Below, in pieces: positions 28,677 through 38,510 of a DNA stretch of 64,000 nt. A program made the position numbers and the translations under genes. Source of the stretch: a virus; the IMG/VR virus record IMGVR_UViG_3300025577_000001, positions 5,129 to 69,128 of that record; one strand, given 5' to 3'. Under the pieces are notes generated by a model, which ran no database searches, had not been told where the DNA came from, and saw nothing but the letters and a program-made list of their open reading frames with translations. Positions within the stretch are counted from its first letter, which is position 1, and each line of letters starts with the position of its first letter.

Positions 28677-30458
28677 CTATGGCGCTAGCCTCGCTTTCTT
28701 GGCTCGGCTGTCCTCGTACCACTCTGCAATAGCTGGCACCCATGCTTTGAAGTGCGGCCAGATAAGTTCACACAATTGCTGACACTCTAGCTGAGCATCC
28801 GCCTTCCATCTCAGATCTAAGAGATGCATTAGCGACCGCGCATTGGCCGACATTACCCAGTGCTGCCGCACGTCGAAAGGAATCAGGCCGCGCGCGTGCT
28901 CCTCGCTGAAGCCATCGTCAATTACGCGCTTACGGTATCGGTGCGCAGATTCAAGGCAATACTCTAAGTCTGAATAACGCTGGGCTTCGCTATAGCTATA
29001 GCGCTTCCCTTCACGATCGCGATAGTCTCCAGCGGGCCGAAGATAAAACACCTCGTCCACTTCCCTAAACCCTTTCGAAACGTCGATAATGCGCTTCCCG
29101 GTATAGCGCCCGGAGTTGTGGACGACTACTCCGGCTGCCACAAAGTTGTGGTGAGGAGATTTCATTACTAGGTCGTATGTTGGCTGAGCGCCAACATACT
29201 CGATTGAGACAATGGCTTTTTGATGGGCACAAAGTGGGTTTTGTTTGCCAGATTTATGATGGCTGATATGGCAGGAAGCGCAAAGCACTTCAAAATTATC
29301 AAAATCAAAAGCTAGGTCAGGCCGCTCTTTCACTGGCTGGATGTGATGGCAATGCAGGTTTTCTGTTTGATGACAGTGATTGCACTCAGCTCCTTTTAAT
29401 TTGAGAATTTCAGCGCGATTGTACTTGAGCCAGTTATAAGCTCTTTTCTCAGGTGCCAAGTTTTTCCATGACGGATGATCTATGCCTGACAAAATTAATC
29501 CATTCTTGACTCGGTGCTCTGTGACAGACTTTGCATGATTGCTGCGCCTGTCTCGTTCGATCTGGCTTAGATTAATAGAGTACTTTAAGCCTTTGTTCCA
29601 TGGCTTTTTATCCCAAGTTAGTTCATGCTTATATGCCCACTTTTTGACGGATTCAGTAGAGCAGCCAGCGATCGCAGCAACGCCTTTAGGTGTTAGCCCA
29701 TTCAAAAAGTGAAATCGCAGCCATTCTTTGTTTTGATACGTTTTGTCCGCATCCTTCAAAGGCTGACCGTTCACCATTACCTTTGAGCCAACGCTGAGCT
29801 GAGCTAGAACCCGCCAACCGTAAGGTGTGTATATTTTGTGATTCTGCGTACATTCAAGCGTCTTCCCGTCTTCTAAAGTCACCTTATAGACAGGATTTAT
29901 TCCGTTGAAAACTACGTCTTCGATATAGTTTGTTGTGAAAGTGTTTGAAGCTTCATTAAGGCTGCGTACTCTCATTTTTCTAAGGCGAGTTTTGCAGTCG
30001 CGCCTGTATTCACCAGGGGCTTCTCCATTCCGACCTTTGATATGACGGGTGCGCACTGCTGCTTCTCCGTTATGCCAAAGGTCATACAAATCACCTATTG
30101 TCTTTTTGAGCTTTTGGGACGTTTGCCCATGCTTGTCAACAAAGGTCACCTCTGTATCGCCTGCTAAACACTGCACGTCAAAAGACAGATGGCGATGGGT
30201 TCGGACTTGCTGCATTGTCGAATGCGGAAACCATCCACAATTCAGTACAATTTGAGGATTTTCAATGCTGCCAAAGTGGCCGCGTCCCCCGCCTAGCAAT
30301 CGCTTGACGGCTATAGCGCCAGCGCGTTCCTCGCTTGGCCACTGCTCGCGCTCATCGAAGACAAAGCCTTCGCTGTAGTCTTGGTGCATCGCCGCGTAAA
30401 TGGTCTGCTGAGGATTTGGGGTCTGGCTGATAACTTCGACTCTAAATCTATTATCCAT
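28677..30458 (-). CDS. thyX: Flavin-dependent thymidylate synthase ThyX with intein
   Basis: GHFGSIE, RTHRHLSFDVQ|SGRYTG ThyX motif split by the intein; EEHARGLIP, HLLDLR...AQLE. Confidence 0.92.
   Translation of the reverse strand: MDNRFRVEVISQTPNPQQTIYAAMHQDYSEGFVFDEREQWPSEERAGAIAVKRLLGGGRGHFGSIENPQIVLNCGWFPHSTMQQVRTHRHLSFDVQCLAGDTEVTFVDKHGQTSQKLKKTIGDLYDLWHNGEAAVRTRHIKGRNGEAPGEYRRDCKTRLRKMRVRSLNEASNTFTTNYIEDVVFNGINPVYKVTLEDGKTLECTQNHKIYTPYGWRVLAQLSVGSKVMVNGQPLKDADKTYQNKEWLRFHFLNGLTPKGVAAIAGCSTESVKKWAYKHELTWDKKPWNKGLKYSINLSQIERDRRSNHAKSVTEHRVKNGLILSGIDHPSWKNLAPEKRAYNWLKYNRAEILKLKGAECNHCHQTENLHCHHIQPVKERPDLAFDFDNFEVLCASCHISHHKSGKQNPLCAHQKAIVSIEYVGAQPTYDLVMKSPHHNFVAAGVVVHNSGRYTGKRIIDVSKGFREVDEVFYLRPAGDYRDREGKRYSYSEAQRYSDLEYCLESAHRYRKRVIDDGFSEEHARGLIPFDVRQHWVMSANARSLMHLLDLRWKADAQLECQQLCELIWPHFKAWVPAIAEWYEDSRAKKARLAP
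29115..30170 (-). mobile_element. Intein (352 aa) carrying an HNH homing endonuclease
   Basis: Starts CLAGDTEV, block B ECTQNHKIYT, ends GVVVHN followed by Ser; internal CNHC...HCHHI...NFEVLCASCHISHH; more AT-rich than the flanks. Confidence 0.92.
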
Positions 30459-30733
30459 TAGTTGATCGCCTCCCATTCTTGAGCGGGCGCAGGCGCTTTC
30501 CAGGGCGTCATGTTATGCGCGATTGGCTTGGGCTCATATCGCTCGTATTGTTTCTCTACGTCCTGCCCTGGCTTCGTATAGGCAATAGACGCAAACGGCA
30601 GCGACAAAGCGGCGCGGTATTCATCATTAAAGAATACGCGGCCTTTAAGCTGCCATAACGGCAGGCTATAAAACTGCATCTGCCAGCGGCCCCATGCGTA
30701 CTGATCGAATAATTCAAACTTTGAATGTTTCAT
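30458..30733 (-). CDS. Hypothetical protein
   Basis: TAATG coupling to thyX. Confidence 0.55.
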   Translation of the reverse strand: MKHSKFELFDQYAWGRWQMQFYSLPLWQLKGRVFFNDEYRAALSLPFASIAYTKPGQDVEKQYERYEPKPIAHNMTPWKAPAPAQEWEAIN

Positions 30734-30748
30734 GTTTTTTTCGTTTTT

Positions 30749-31423
30749 TTAGTTAGCTGAAATGTCCTGTTTTACCCAGGCCGCGTCAATCAGTTTGTAG
30801 CCTGTCGCTTTCTCCATCAATGCCGTACCCGGCTTGCTCGCTGGATGCCTAGAATTCAGACGCTCAGCAATCATGCATATAGTTTCCATTGATGGACGCC
30901 GATTGCCATCCACCCATGATTGCACAGACTTCTTACTACGATACTGGCTATCGGCTAATTCTTCTGTCGTCAAGCCGCCGCCGCCTTCGGCGACTGGCGA
31001 TAACAACCATTGAAGCACAGTGTCAATCGATTGCGGTGCGTGCACGCGCTCAGCGGCGAATCTAAGCCCGGTCAATTGATTAAGAAACTGACTAGCCAGA
31101 AACGGACTGAAGGCCGTCTCTAGCCCGCCTAGCATCTGCACAAAGAGATCGTAACGCAGGTTATCACGACGCCGCCGCCAGCTTAGTACTGTACGACGAT
31201 CCGCGCCGACGGCATCAGCGACAGCAGTTGCACCGTACTGATTCATCAGACGCGCGGCGATGCTTGCAAATGGTTGGCGACGGCTTTGGCGCAGCTTATC
31301 GGGCGGCACGTCGCCGATGATAGCAACGTCGTCAACTGGCGCGTTAATTCGCTGACGACGTTGCCATCTCACTGTTTGTACATCTGTGCGCATATCCATG
31401 CGGCTCACTAGCATTTTCGGCAT
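30749..31423 (-). CDS. Tandem XRE-type HTH regulator (repressor candidate)
   Basis: ATAVADAVGADRRTVLSWRR and LTTEELADSQYRSKKSVQSWVDGNRRPSMETICMIAERL. Confidence 0.7.
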   Translation of the reverse strand: MPKMLVSRMDMRTDVQTVRWQRRQRINAPVDDVAIIGDVPPDKLRQSRRQPFASIAARLMNQYGATAVADAVGADRRTVLSWRRRRDNLRYDLFVQMLGGLETAFSPFLASQFLNQLTGLRFAAERVHAPQSIDTVLQWLLSPVAEGGGGLTTEELADSQYRSKKSVQSWVDGNRRPSMETICMIAERLNSRHPASKPGTALMEKATGYKLIDAAWVKQDISAN

Positions 31424-31449
31424 TTTTCTAATCTCCTATATTCTTTCGT

Positions 31450-31992
31450 TTACTTGCGACGGCGACGGCTGCGACGATATCGAATCGGGCAACCATCTAA
31501 AACCCAATGACCAAAGTCAGCGACGCATAGCCCGAGAAACCAGTCACGGGCTATCAAGGCGATCATCTCGCTATTTAGTGCCAGCCATTTTAGCCTGAGT
31601 ACGCCGGATATATCAGCGCCCCAGAAGCCCGCAAAAGCCACTAATGAGATACATAGCGCTGCTAACCATATCGACAGATACAACACGCGCAAGGCTGTGC
31701 TAATAATCGGGATATGACTTGCCCAATGACGATGATAGGGAATCAGATCGCGATAGATCCCCCACATGCTATAGAGCCCCACACGCCGCCAGCGGTTCGT
31801 AGGGATTGAATTGATGTCTAAGTCTGGGCTGAGCAGATGCCCAGACAGAAGCCCCACGCCCGCAGCCGCGACGCCTGCTAAATATCTGGCGCTTGGATAA
31901 AACCCAAGCGCGACAGGCGCAGCGGACGCAGCGGCGACTAAGCCGATCGTCAGCGTGACGCACGCGCGATCGTGCCGTTTACCACTCGCCAT
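31450..31992 (-). CDS. DUF2227 family metal-binding membrane protein
   Basis: MASGKRHDR, LSPDLD, HRHWASH, HWVLD. Confidence 0.8.
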   Translation of the reverse strand: MASGKRHDRACVTLTIGLVAAASAAPVALGFYPSARYLAGVAAAGVGLLSGHLLSPDLDINSIPTNRWRRVGLYSMWGIYRDLIPYHRHWASHIPIISTALRVLYLSIWLAALCISLVAFAGFWGADISGVLRLKWLALNSEMIALIARDWFLGLCVADFGHWVLDGCPIRYRRSRRRRK

Positions 31993-32347
31993 TATCGCCC
32001 CCGTTCGATTGCATCCGCAGCGCTAACAGGTTCGAGATGAACGCCGACAGTACCATCACTTCGATCAGCCTTAGCTTTCGCAAAGCTAAAAACTGATTAA
32101 GCAATGCAGGCGCTAACACCTTCATCTGCCGACAAAAGTCAGCGTCGCCCGGCAATAGCACCGGGTTAGGGCGGCGGTCTTTATCAGGCGCTAGAGATGC
32201 CGCGATATACGTTGCCATCTCACGTTGCAATAGGCTCAGCCAGTCAGACGATAAGCCATCTAAGGCGTCGCCGTAGATATCGAATAGGCTGCAAACGCAG
32301 GGTCTATTGTCTATCAGGCTTGCCATACTTACTCTTCGCTTTGTCAT
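31979..32347 (-). CDS. Hypothetical protein
   Basis: Overlapping ORF within the operon. Confidence 0.55.
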   Translation of the reverse strand: MTKRRVSMASLIDNRPCVCSLFDIYGDALDGLSSDWLSLLQREMATYIAASLAPDKDRRPNPVLLPGDADFCRQMKVLAPALLNQFLALRKLRLIEVMVLSAFISNLLALRMQSNGGDNGEW

Positions 32348-32646
32348 CTCGCCGCCTTTGCATCTTGCCTTAGTGTGCGCGCTGTCCTCAGCGCCTGAGG
32401 ATCTAGCATTGCTGAAAGGCGATTACCTTCCAGCATATTGAAATAAGCCCGTGCCGTCGCTTGATGCCGCCGTGGCACCTTCGACAGAAATGGACTGGCA
32501 GATGCACCATTAAACCGGCATTCGTGACCGCCGATAAACGCAGCATAAGCCGCATCCTCAGCTCGCCGCATTGATAAATCAGTCTCGTGACTGACAGTCT
32601 CTACAGGGCCGCTCACCCCATAGCTCAAACCGTGACAGTAACTCAT
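32344..32646 (-). CDS. Hypothetical protein
   Basis: First gene after the TTTACA-18nt-TACATT promoter at 32673-32710. Confidence 0.55.
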   Translation of the reverse strand: MSYCHGLSYGVSGPVETVSHETDLSMRRAEDAAYAAFIGGHECRFNGASASPFLSKVPRRHQATARAYFNMLEGNRLSAMLDPQALRTARTLRQDAKAAR

Positions 32647-32806
32647 ATCTAGCCTTCGTCGGTTGCTTCTAAAATGTAACACAACTTGGCTTGATATGTA
32701 AATAGGTTTTATTGTCCTGAGTAAAGAACATCAGGTTTTGTTGATGGAAAAACGAAAAAGCCGCGTCGAATATTCGACGCGGCTTAGATGTGTGGGGGGT
32801 GAGAGT

Positions 32807-33592
32807 TTACGCGGCGTTGCCAATGTTCAGCCTGAGTTGATACCGCCCCTTCCATCGTCGGTTCATCAATTCGTGGAAAGCTGGCACTGATTCACTCGCC
32901 TTCATAAGCGTCAAGACTTCGGTAATGTGAGCCTTCAGAATGGGCTTAGCCTCATCTGAGAAGTGTTGGTGCTGCTTGTTAGGGCGCTTACCTGATTGCC
33001 CTACTGGGTTTACCTTTTCCAGTTCTTCTCTCACTTCCTGTGGCATCCAGTCGTACACCGCCTGATTGATGAACGTTCCCATTACTGACCAATTCCAGCT
33101 CCATCCAGTAAGCCTTGAAGCTTCAGCGGCCCACTCGTCACTAAAATGCATCTCCCATTGCTTTGGCTCAATAAGAACGACGCCGGTTAGGTAGCGGGTG
33201 GTGTCAGCAGCCTTTTGCGTCCAGCCGGTGATTGACTGAATCCAAGTATTAACACCTGCCGAAGCAAACTTGCTCATCGCAAACATCGCAGTCTCATTCC
33301 CTGTGAACGCATAATGAAAGATCAGCGCTGCACAAACATCGGCCCTCAAGATTTGGACTTTGCCGCCCTTCTTCTCTGACTTGATTGACAGGTCTAACGC
33401 CTTTCCCGCAAAAGGTTCCAGCCATTTTGAAGGAGCTTTGGTTGACAGGTCTTTGAGCAACTTTGACACCGCCTGCTTGCTTACGCCGCATAATCGGGCA
33501 ACACCCGATATTGACATTCCGCTTTCTCCGGTCTCAATCTCTGTAAAAAACTCAATGCCGTCGTCTACAGCACGTACAATATTAGAAGCCAT
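32807..33592 (-). CDS. Antirepressor-like protein with N-terminal HTH and P63C domain
   Basis: GESGMSISGVARLCGVSKQAVS; WEMHF...RLTGW...FINQAVYDWMPQEVREEL...KQHQHF. Confidence 0.75.
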   Translation of the reverse strand: MASNIVRAVDDGIEFFTEIETGESGMSISGVARLCGVSKQAVSKLLKDLSTKAPSKWLEPFAGKALDLSIKSEKKGGKVQILRADVCAALIFHYAFTGNETAMFAMSKFASAGVNTWIQSITGWTQKAADTTRYLTGVVLIEPKQWEMHFSDEWAAEASRLTGWSWNWSVMGTFINQAVYDWMPQEVREELEKVNPVGQSGKRPNKQHQHFSDEAKPILKAHITEVLTLMKASESVPAFHELMNRRWKGRYQLRLNIGNAA

Positions 33593-33721
33593 GTTCTTTA
33601 CTCATCTAAAGTGATTTGGTTAGCCCGTAGCTGTCTGTTGATGCAGACGCGCGGGCGCATCAACATTCTACCAATCTTATCGGATATTCCGTCAACAAGT
33701 TTTATCCAGCCTCACGCCGCA

Positions 33722-33954
33722 CTCAACTGTCCACTGTCCACCGGCACAGCGCCACCCCCTATCAACGATATTCAAAAGATGATTCTGTGACGGCTTATCG
33801 AAGGCTTAGCTAAGGACTAAGAAAGGCAACAGAATCTTATATATCTCTATTATAAGGATCTGTTGTCTTTCGATCTGTTGTCTTTTTCGCCTGCAAGGCT
33901 TATCGTGTATAGCTTTGAGCGATTGAAGTCAAAAAAGCCGATCTGTTGTCTTTT
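33722..33954. repeat. Dispersed origin-like element, copy 3 (with extended flank)
   Basis: CTCAACTGTC...CAACGATATTCAAAA flank, box, AT core, three TCTGTTGTCTT boxes. Confidence 0.9.
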
Positions 33955-34143
33955 CCCACCTTGCAGACGACGGATTCTAAGAGCATCAGCGCCAAACTTG
34001 ACGGCTTATTGCGTCCTAATTAGGGCTAAATCCAGAGGCTAAATTGAGTCAAATCCTGCCAACTGGCACACTAGGTTTTGATGCCGCGACTGGAATTTAA
34101 ACATTAAAAAACCCGTCAGATTCTTACGAGTCTGACGGGTTTT

Positions 34144-34707
34144 TTATTGCTGTTGCTCAAGCTGATCGGCGTATCGGTTTGATAGTTGCTCAAACCTATA
34201 CGCCATTTTTTCAGTTTCTAACGTCTTCGCTTGCGCCGCGTCTATCTCTTGTCGCAGGTCATCGCATTTCTTTTCTAGGCGTTCCACGTCAGCGCGGGCC
34301 TGGGCGATGATCAGGTTTTTTGCTTCGAGTAATGCTTTTTGCGAATCTTGCGCCGACGAAAAAGCAAATTCTATATTCTTATCGGCTCTATCGCTGCGTG
34401 CTTTGAATTGAGAAATAACGACCGGGCCAATCATGCCTGAGACGATCATGCCGACAATCGTGATTATCCATTGATAATCGCCGTCCACGGCCTTGACTTC
34501 TACGTCAGCTTGGCCGGTAAACCCATCAGTTTGCGTTGTGCTTGGCGATGGCACTTGCGCCAAGCTATCGGCCATTATCTCGATTTGCTCTATCTCTGGC
34601 TTAGCTGTAGCGCGTTTGAGAGATGCACCAACGGAGCTAGCGATTACAAGGGCGGCGACGATGGAGGGAACTATCGATTTGTTTTTACGAAGCCAATCGG
34701 CAACCAT
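34144..34707 (-). CDS. Membrane protein with C-terminal coiled coil (lysis-associated candidate)
   Basis: Two hydrophobic segments plus a coiled coil, at the end of the tail operon. Confidence 0.55.
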   Translation of the reverse strand: MVADWLRKNKSIVPSIVAALVIASSVGASLKRATAKPEIEQIEIMADSLAQVPSPSTTQTDGFTGQADVEVKAVDGDYQWIITIVGMIVSGMIGPVVISQFKARSDRADKNIEFAFSSAQDSQKALLEAKNLIIAQARADVERLEKKCDDLRQEIDAAQAKTLETEKMAYRFEQLSNRYADQLEQQQ

Positions 34708-35111
34708 AGATCTAAGCCGTGTAATAAAGCGTGAGCGCCAACGATTGAATAAGTGGAGACGCCCGTGATTGAGCCTGGCACTACGAATAGACTAGCCAGG
34801 AAAAAGAATGCTATTGCTAGCGCGTTGTGTATCCGTTGCCATACCTTTTGATGCTGAAAGCTAACAGCCCAGAATCCCGATATCCCTAGCGCCAGCATCG
34901 CGATGCCATAGAGGTATTTAGGTGCTATCGAAAACATAAAATCGTAGCTTTCAGGGAACGCTGAGGAAGGCCAGAAGATCATCGCTAAGCCAAACATAGT
35001 GGCTACAGCGAGCGGGATACTTGATAGAAATATCCTGACGCTGTAGGCAAAGTTGCTGGTTTTTTCAGCGCGGCTTAGGCGCGTTGATTGATGCAGCATT
35101 CTCATTGGCAT
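34671..35111 (-). CDS. Four-TM membrane protein (holin-like candidate)
   Basis: Hydrophobic profile; position after the tail fibre genes. Confidence 0.5.
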   Translation of the reverse strand: MPMRMLHQSTRLSRAEKTSNFAYSVRIFLSSIPLAVATMFGLAMIFWPSSAFPESYDFMFSIAPKYLYGIAMLALGISGFWAVSFQHQKVWQRIHNALAIAFFFLASLFVVPGSITGVSTYSIVGAHALLHGLDLWLPIGFVKTNR

Positions 35112-36239
35112 TTAGCTAATCCTTATGATTTTGTTGACGACGAAATAGGGCGGCATATTTTCATGTGGCGCGCCATTACCCGATGCAGATGCGGTGCCAG
35201 GCGTCGCGGCTGGATTTATAGCCACATTGGCTGATGCCGGGTTTACGGCGACGTTGACGCTAGCAGGAAGTATCAGCGGTTGCCCGCCGGGCCGGTTGTC
35301 AGCGACATAAGAAAAGCCGCCGTTACGCTGCCCGGCTAATGCCGACCTTGTTCTGATTAATGAGCCGAGTTCTCGTATATCCTCAGCGCCCGCCAAAACA
35401 CTATGAACATGATCGCCGCCGCTTGTTGTGTGAGCATGATTGCTAGATGCGCTATGAGTATGATCGGCGATCTGCACTGGATGCGAATGGCGACCATTGT
35501 TAGCTTCGCTTAGCCCGACAGATTCAGCGCCGCCTGATTGCCCGGCAGTCCGAGCCGTGAGACCCGCGCCTGCGCCTGCGCCAATATAGACGCGGCCCGG
35601 CGGCGGCACTCTAAACGTATTGGGCGGATCGTTCGGCTGCGAATTGATGCGCCCAATTGCATCCCACGCCAACGGATAATCTACGGCGTTATAGATTGCG
35701 TAGTTGCACAGGGCCCATCCCGGCTCGATCGATTGCCGTGACGTTTCTTTCATGTCGCCAATCTGAAAGCCTGCGCTATCAGATTGAGCGAGCGGGCGCA
35801 CCTGATCTATTTTCTGAGAACGCAAATCAATCAGGTCTGTAATTGCACTAGCATTAGTCTGCACTAGTCCTAGTGGAATCCCTAGTGGAGGGAGCGTGGC
35901 AGCGTTGGATACGGTGCCGCTTTCGGATACGTAAACAAAGCGCAGCGCGTTAGCCGCGATCGTAATAGTGCCGCTGTTGATTTGGACTATGGTGCCGTCC
36001 ACAAGCATGACTGACGCGGCGCTATAGGCAATAGTGCGCCCGCCGCCGTCGCTAATTTCTAAGCGGCCATACCAGCCATAAAACTGTGCTTTTATTTGGT
36101 CGGGCTGATCGTCTAACCAATCGTCGATAACTTTGGGCCCGTGGCCGTATTCGTCAGTACCATCAAGGATTGGATAGCCTGCTGAGTTTGCCAGCGACGC
36201 TTCCCAAATTTCGCCAGCGTTTAATGTGGGTCTTGGCAT
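35112..36239 (-). CDS. Tail fibre protein with tail-collar domain
   Basis: IGDMKE...PGWALCN...YP..WDAIG...FRVP, H-x-H repeats, HENMPPYFVVNKIIR. Confidence 0.85.
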   Translation of the reverse strand: MPRPTLNAGEIWEASLANSAGYPILDGTDEYGHGPKVIDDWLDDQPDQIKAQFYGWYGRLEISDGGGRTIAYSAASVMLVDGTIVQINSGTITIAANALRFVYVSESGTVSNAATLPPLGIPLGLVQTNASAITDLIDLRSQKIDQVRPLAQSDSAGFQIGDMKETSRQSIEPGWALCNYAIYNAVDYPLAWDAIGRINSQPNDPPNTFRVPPPGRVYIGAGAGAGLTARTAGQSGGAESVGLSEANNGRHSHPVQIADHTHSASSNHAHTTSGGDHVHSVLAGAEDIRELGSLIRTRSALAGQRNGGFSYVADNRPGGQPLILPASVNVAVNPASANVAINPAATPGTASASGNGAPHENMPPYFVVNKIIRIS

Positions 36240-36241
36240 CG

Positions 36242-36994
36242 TTAAGCCGTTATCTCCGTATAGCTAATACTTAGCGTCGCATTTAGATTGCCTGCGCCAG
36301 CCTGCGGCAATGCTTTGATATAAAGGCCCATCACGGATGCCGCGCGGCTAACGTCGTAAGTTCTCAAAATATGGCGGCGGCCATTGCTTGTGTTTGTCGC
36401 CGTCGTCTCACTAGTAAATGCCGAGTCGTTGCCGCTGCTATTCACTAAGCCGATCTCAAATTCCCAATCTTCATAACCTGAGATGCCAAGTATCGCCGCC
36501 GTATTGACGGCTATTGCACCCGCGAATGGCTTTGGTAAATACCAAGTTTTATCGCCGCCCGCTGGGTCTAAGTCGTTTGCGTCTACTGTATGCACCGCAG
36601 GCTGCTTAATGAGTAGGCTTAAGTCTGGATTAGTCCCCAATACTTTCGCCACGCGCAGCGCGCCCGTGTCTAGATTGCGGTTCGTAATGCCGGTTGACAT
36701 GAGTGTCGGCAGATTGACCGGGCCCGTGGCGGGCATGATAGCAAGGATATCAAATAAGGTATCTGTCGCCGCGTCTGGCGTGAAGGTAAAACGATAGGCA
36801 ATCTGATATTCATCAGATGCCGGTATCTCTACATCTAAGACGCCGCTAGTGATTGGGAATTCTTGCAATACTTTCGTGTATAGCGTATCCGGATCGGTTT
36901 GGTCGGTGCTGTTATTTTCTGTTAGCTGCGCGGTGAAGATGCCGTCTAAGGGCGTGCCCGTGCTGTTCGTGAGTAAGCCTACTAGTTGAGTCAT
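36242..36994 (-). CDS. Tail fibre-associated structural protein
   Basis: Beta-rich ORF between two fibre genes. Confidence 0.55.
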   Translation of the reverse strand: MTQLVGLLTNSTGTPLDGIFTAQLTENNSTDQTDPDTLYTKVLQEFPITSGVLDVEIPASDEYQIAYRFTFTPDAATDTLFDILAIMPATGPVNLPTLMSTGITNRNLDTGALRVAKVLGTNPDLSLLIKQPAVHTVDANDLDPAGGDKTWYLPKPFAGAIAVNTAAILGISGYEDWEFEIGLVNSSGNDSAFTSETTATNTSNGRRHILRTYDVSRAASVMGLYIKALPQAGAGNLNATLSISYTEITA

Positions 36995-37851
36995 TAAGAT
37001 AGCCTCACGAACATATAAACAGTGATATAGGGCGACATGTTTTGGTGCGCATCAGGCGCAGCCGCGTCTAATGTCGCGTTTACATCCGTATAGTCTAAGC
37101 GCACGCCGCCAACGACTTGCTCATGTGTTGAGGCGCGCATTACTAGATCGTCACGCGTCTCTGAGCCATAAGCGCCCTCACCGTCGCCGCCATTGGCTCT
37201 CATGCCTTGATAGCTAGCTGTAAAGTCGCTACCGGTTGCCGTGCGATGCTTGTGTCTCATCTGCTCATTAGTCAGCGTCACTGTCTTAGCGCCGCCGGTT
37301 TTACCTGGCGCATTGAAGTCAGCGTCAGCGCCGTTAATACCTACCAGCATTCGACCTTGGCCAAACGCCGACCAATTACCAAAACCCAAGAACGTTGCAG
37401 GGTTAGTGCTACTGGTTGCATTCATATAGATCGAGCCGACTGGGTACACCTTTTGTAAGGTCGCGAGCGCTTCGTCTTTAACAAAACGTGTCGTTGCTAT
37501 TGCCGTTCCGCTACTTGCGGCGGGCGGCGTTGGAGCCTTAGGCGATCCTGTCAAATCTGTATCGATAAGCGCGTTGGCGACGGCTGTATTAATGGCCGTC
37601 GTCGCCTGCTGTGTCGTATACGCGCCAACGCTAGCCGCTGTTAGTTGATGCGGGTTGGCCGTATTATTTACATGCGTTGCCAATTCGGCGTCGGTCAGGA
37701 AGCCCGCTTGTAATTGCGATACGGTGCCGCGCCTGAATACGCCGTCCTGACGCACTAAGATGCCGTCATTATCATCGAAAGACGTCGCCGGGTCCATCTG
37801 ATCGATGGTCTGGCTGAAGACGGCCTCTTTATTTAGATCTGTTACTGCCAT
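36994..37851 (-). CDS. Tail fibre / baseplate gp10 C-terminal-like protein
   Basis: LTGSPKAPTP repeat, YPVGSIYMNA..TNPATFLGFGNW..FGQGRMLVG, HQNMSPYITVYMFVR. Confidence 0.8.
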   Translation of the reverse strand: MAVTDLNKEAVFSQTIDQMDPATSFDDNDGILVRQDGVFRRGTVSQLQAGFLTDAELATHVNNTANPHQLTAASVGAYTTQQATTAINTAVANALIDTDLTGSPKAPTPPAASSGTAIATTRFVKDEALATLQKVYPVGSIYMNATSSTNPATFLGFGNWSAFGQGRMLVGINGADADFNAPGKTGGAKTVTLTNEQMRHKHRTATGSDFTASYQGMRANGGDGEGAYGSETRDDLVMRASTHEQVVGGVRLDYTDVNATLDAAAPDAHQNMSPYITVYMFVRLS

Positions 37852-38507
37852 TAGTTCACTTCCAGTATGGTGCCATTGCCATCAATATCAAGCAGCACTG
37901 CGCCGCCATTGCTTTCGCCAATCACTAAAAATCCACGTTGCTTAAAGTATTCGTCATCAAAGATGATGCGCGACCGGCACCAAATCGGGCCAAACAATCG
38001 ATCGATGCGCTCAGCCAGTCGGTGCGCATCGCTATTAAAAAAGGCACTAGGCAATACAATGTCATATTCCCAAGCAATCGCGCCAAGTGCGTCGCCTATT
38101 GCTTCGCGGCCAATAATGAAACTTTGCCCCTGCTGTATCAGGTGAGTAACACCTAATGTATTGAGCACAAAACTAAGCGCTTCAGACGTGCCATATCGCG
38201 GCCAGATTAACGAATAGCTATTGGCGAGGAGTTGGCGCTTTGATGCTTCGGGCCAACTTCGATCCCAATAGTCGCCGTGCCATCCGCATATGCTCGATAG
38301 AAAATCTAACCAGCTAACATCGCATGTCAACGGATCTACTTGTCTGCGAATATTATCGAGTGCTTTCGATTTGGCGCTAGTCAGTTCTGTATCTGGAAAC
38401 TGAGCTAAATAATCAGCGACAACATTCGCCTGATAGCTGCCGTTAATTCCTGGCAGTCGGTTAAAAACCGGGCGTCCATTACGCCATGCCTCGTAAGTAT
38501 TCAGCAT
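37851..38507 (-). CDS. Baseplate wedge protein (P2 gpI-like)
   Basis: DPLTCDVSWLDFLS...GW...W...KRQLL...YGT..AL; follows gpJ. Confidence 0.8.
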   Translation of the reverse strand: MLNTYEAWRNGRPVFNRLPGINGSYQANVVADYLAQFPDTELTSAKSKALDNIRRQVDPLTCDVSWLDFLSSICGWHGDYWDRSWPEASKRQLLANSYSLIWPRYGTSEALSFVLNTLGVTHLIQQGQSFIIGREAIGDALGAIAWEYDIVLPSAFFNSDAHRLAERIDRLFGPIWCRSRIIFDDEYFKQRGFLVIGESNGGAVLLDIDGNGTILEVN

Positions 38508-38510
38508 CCC

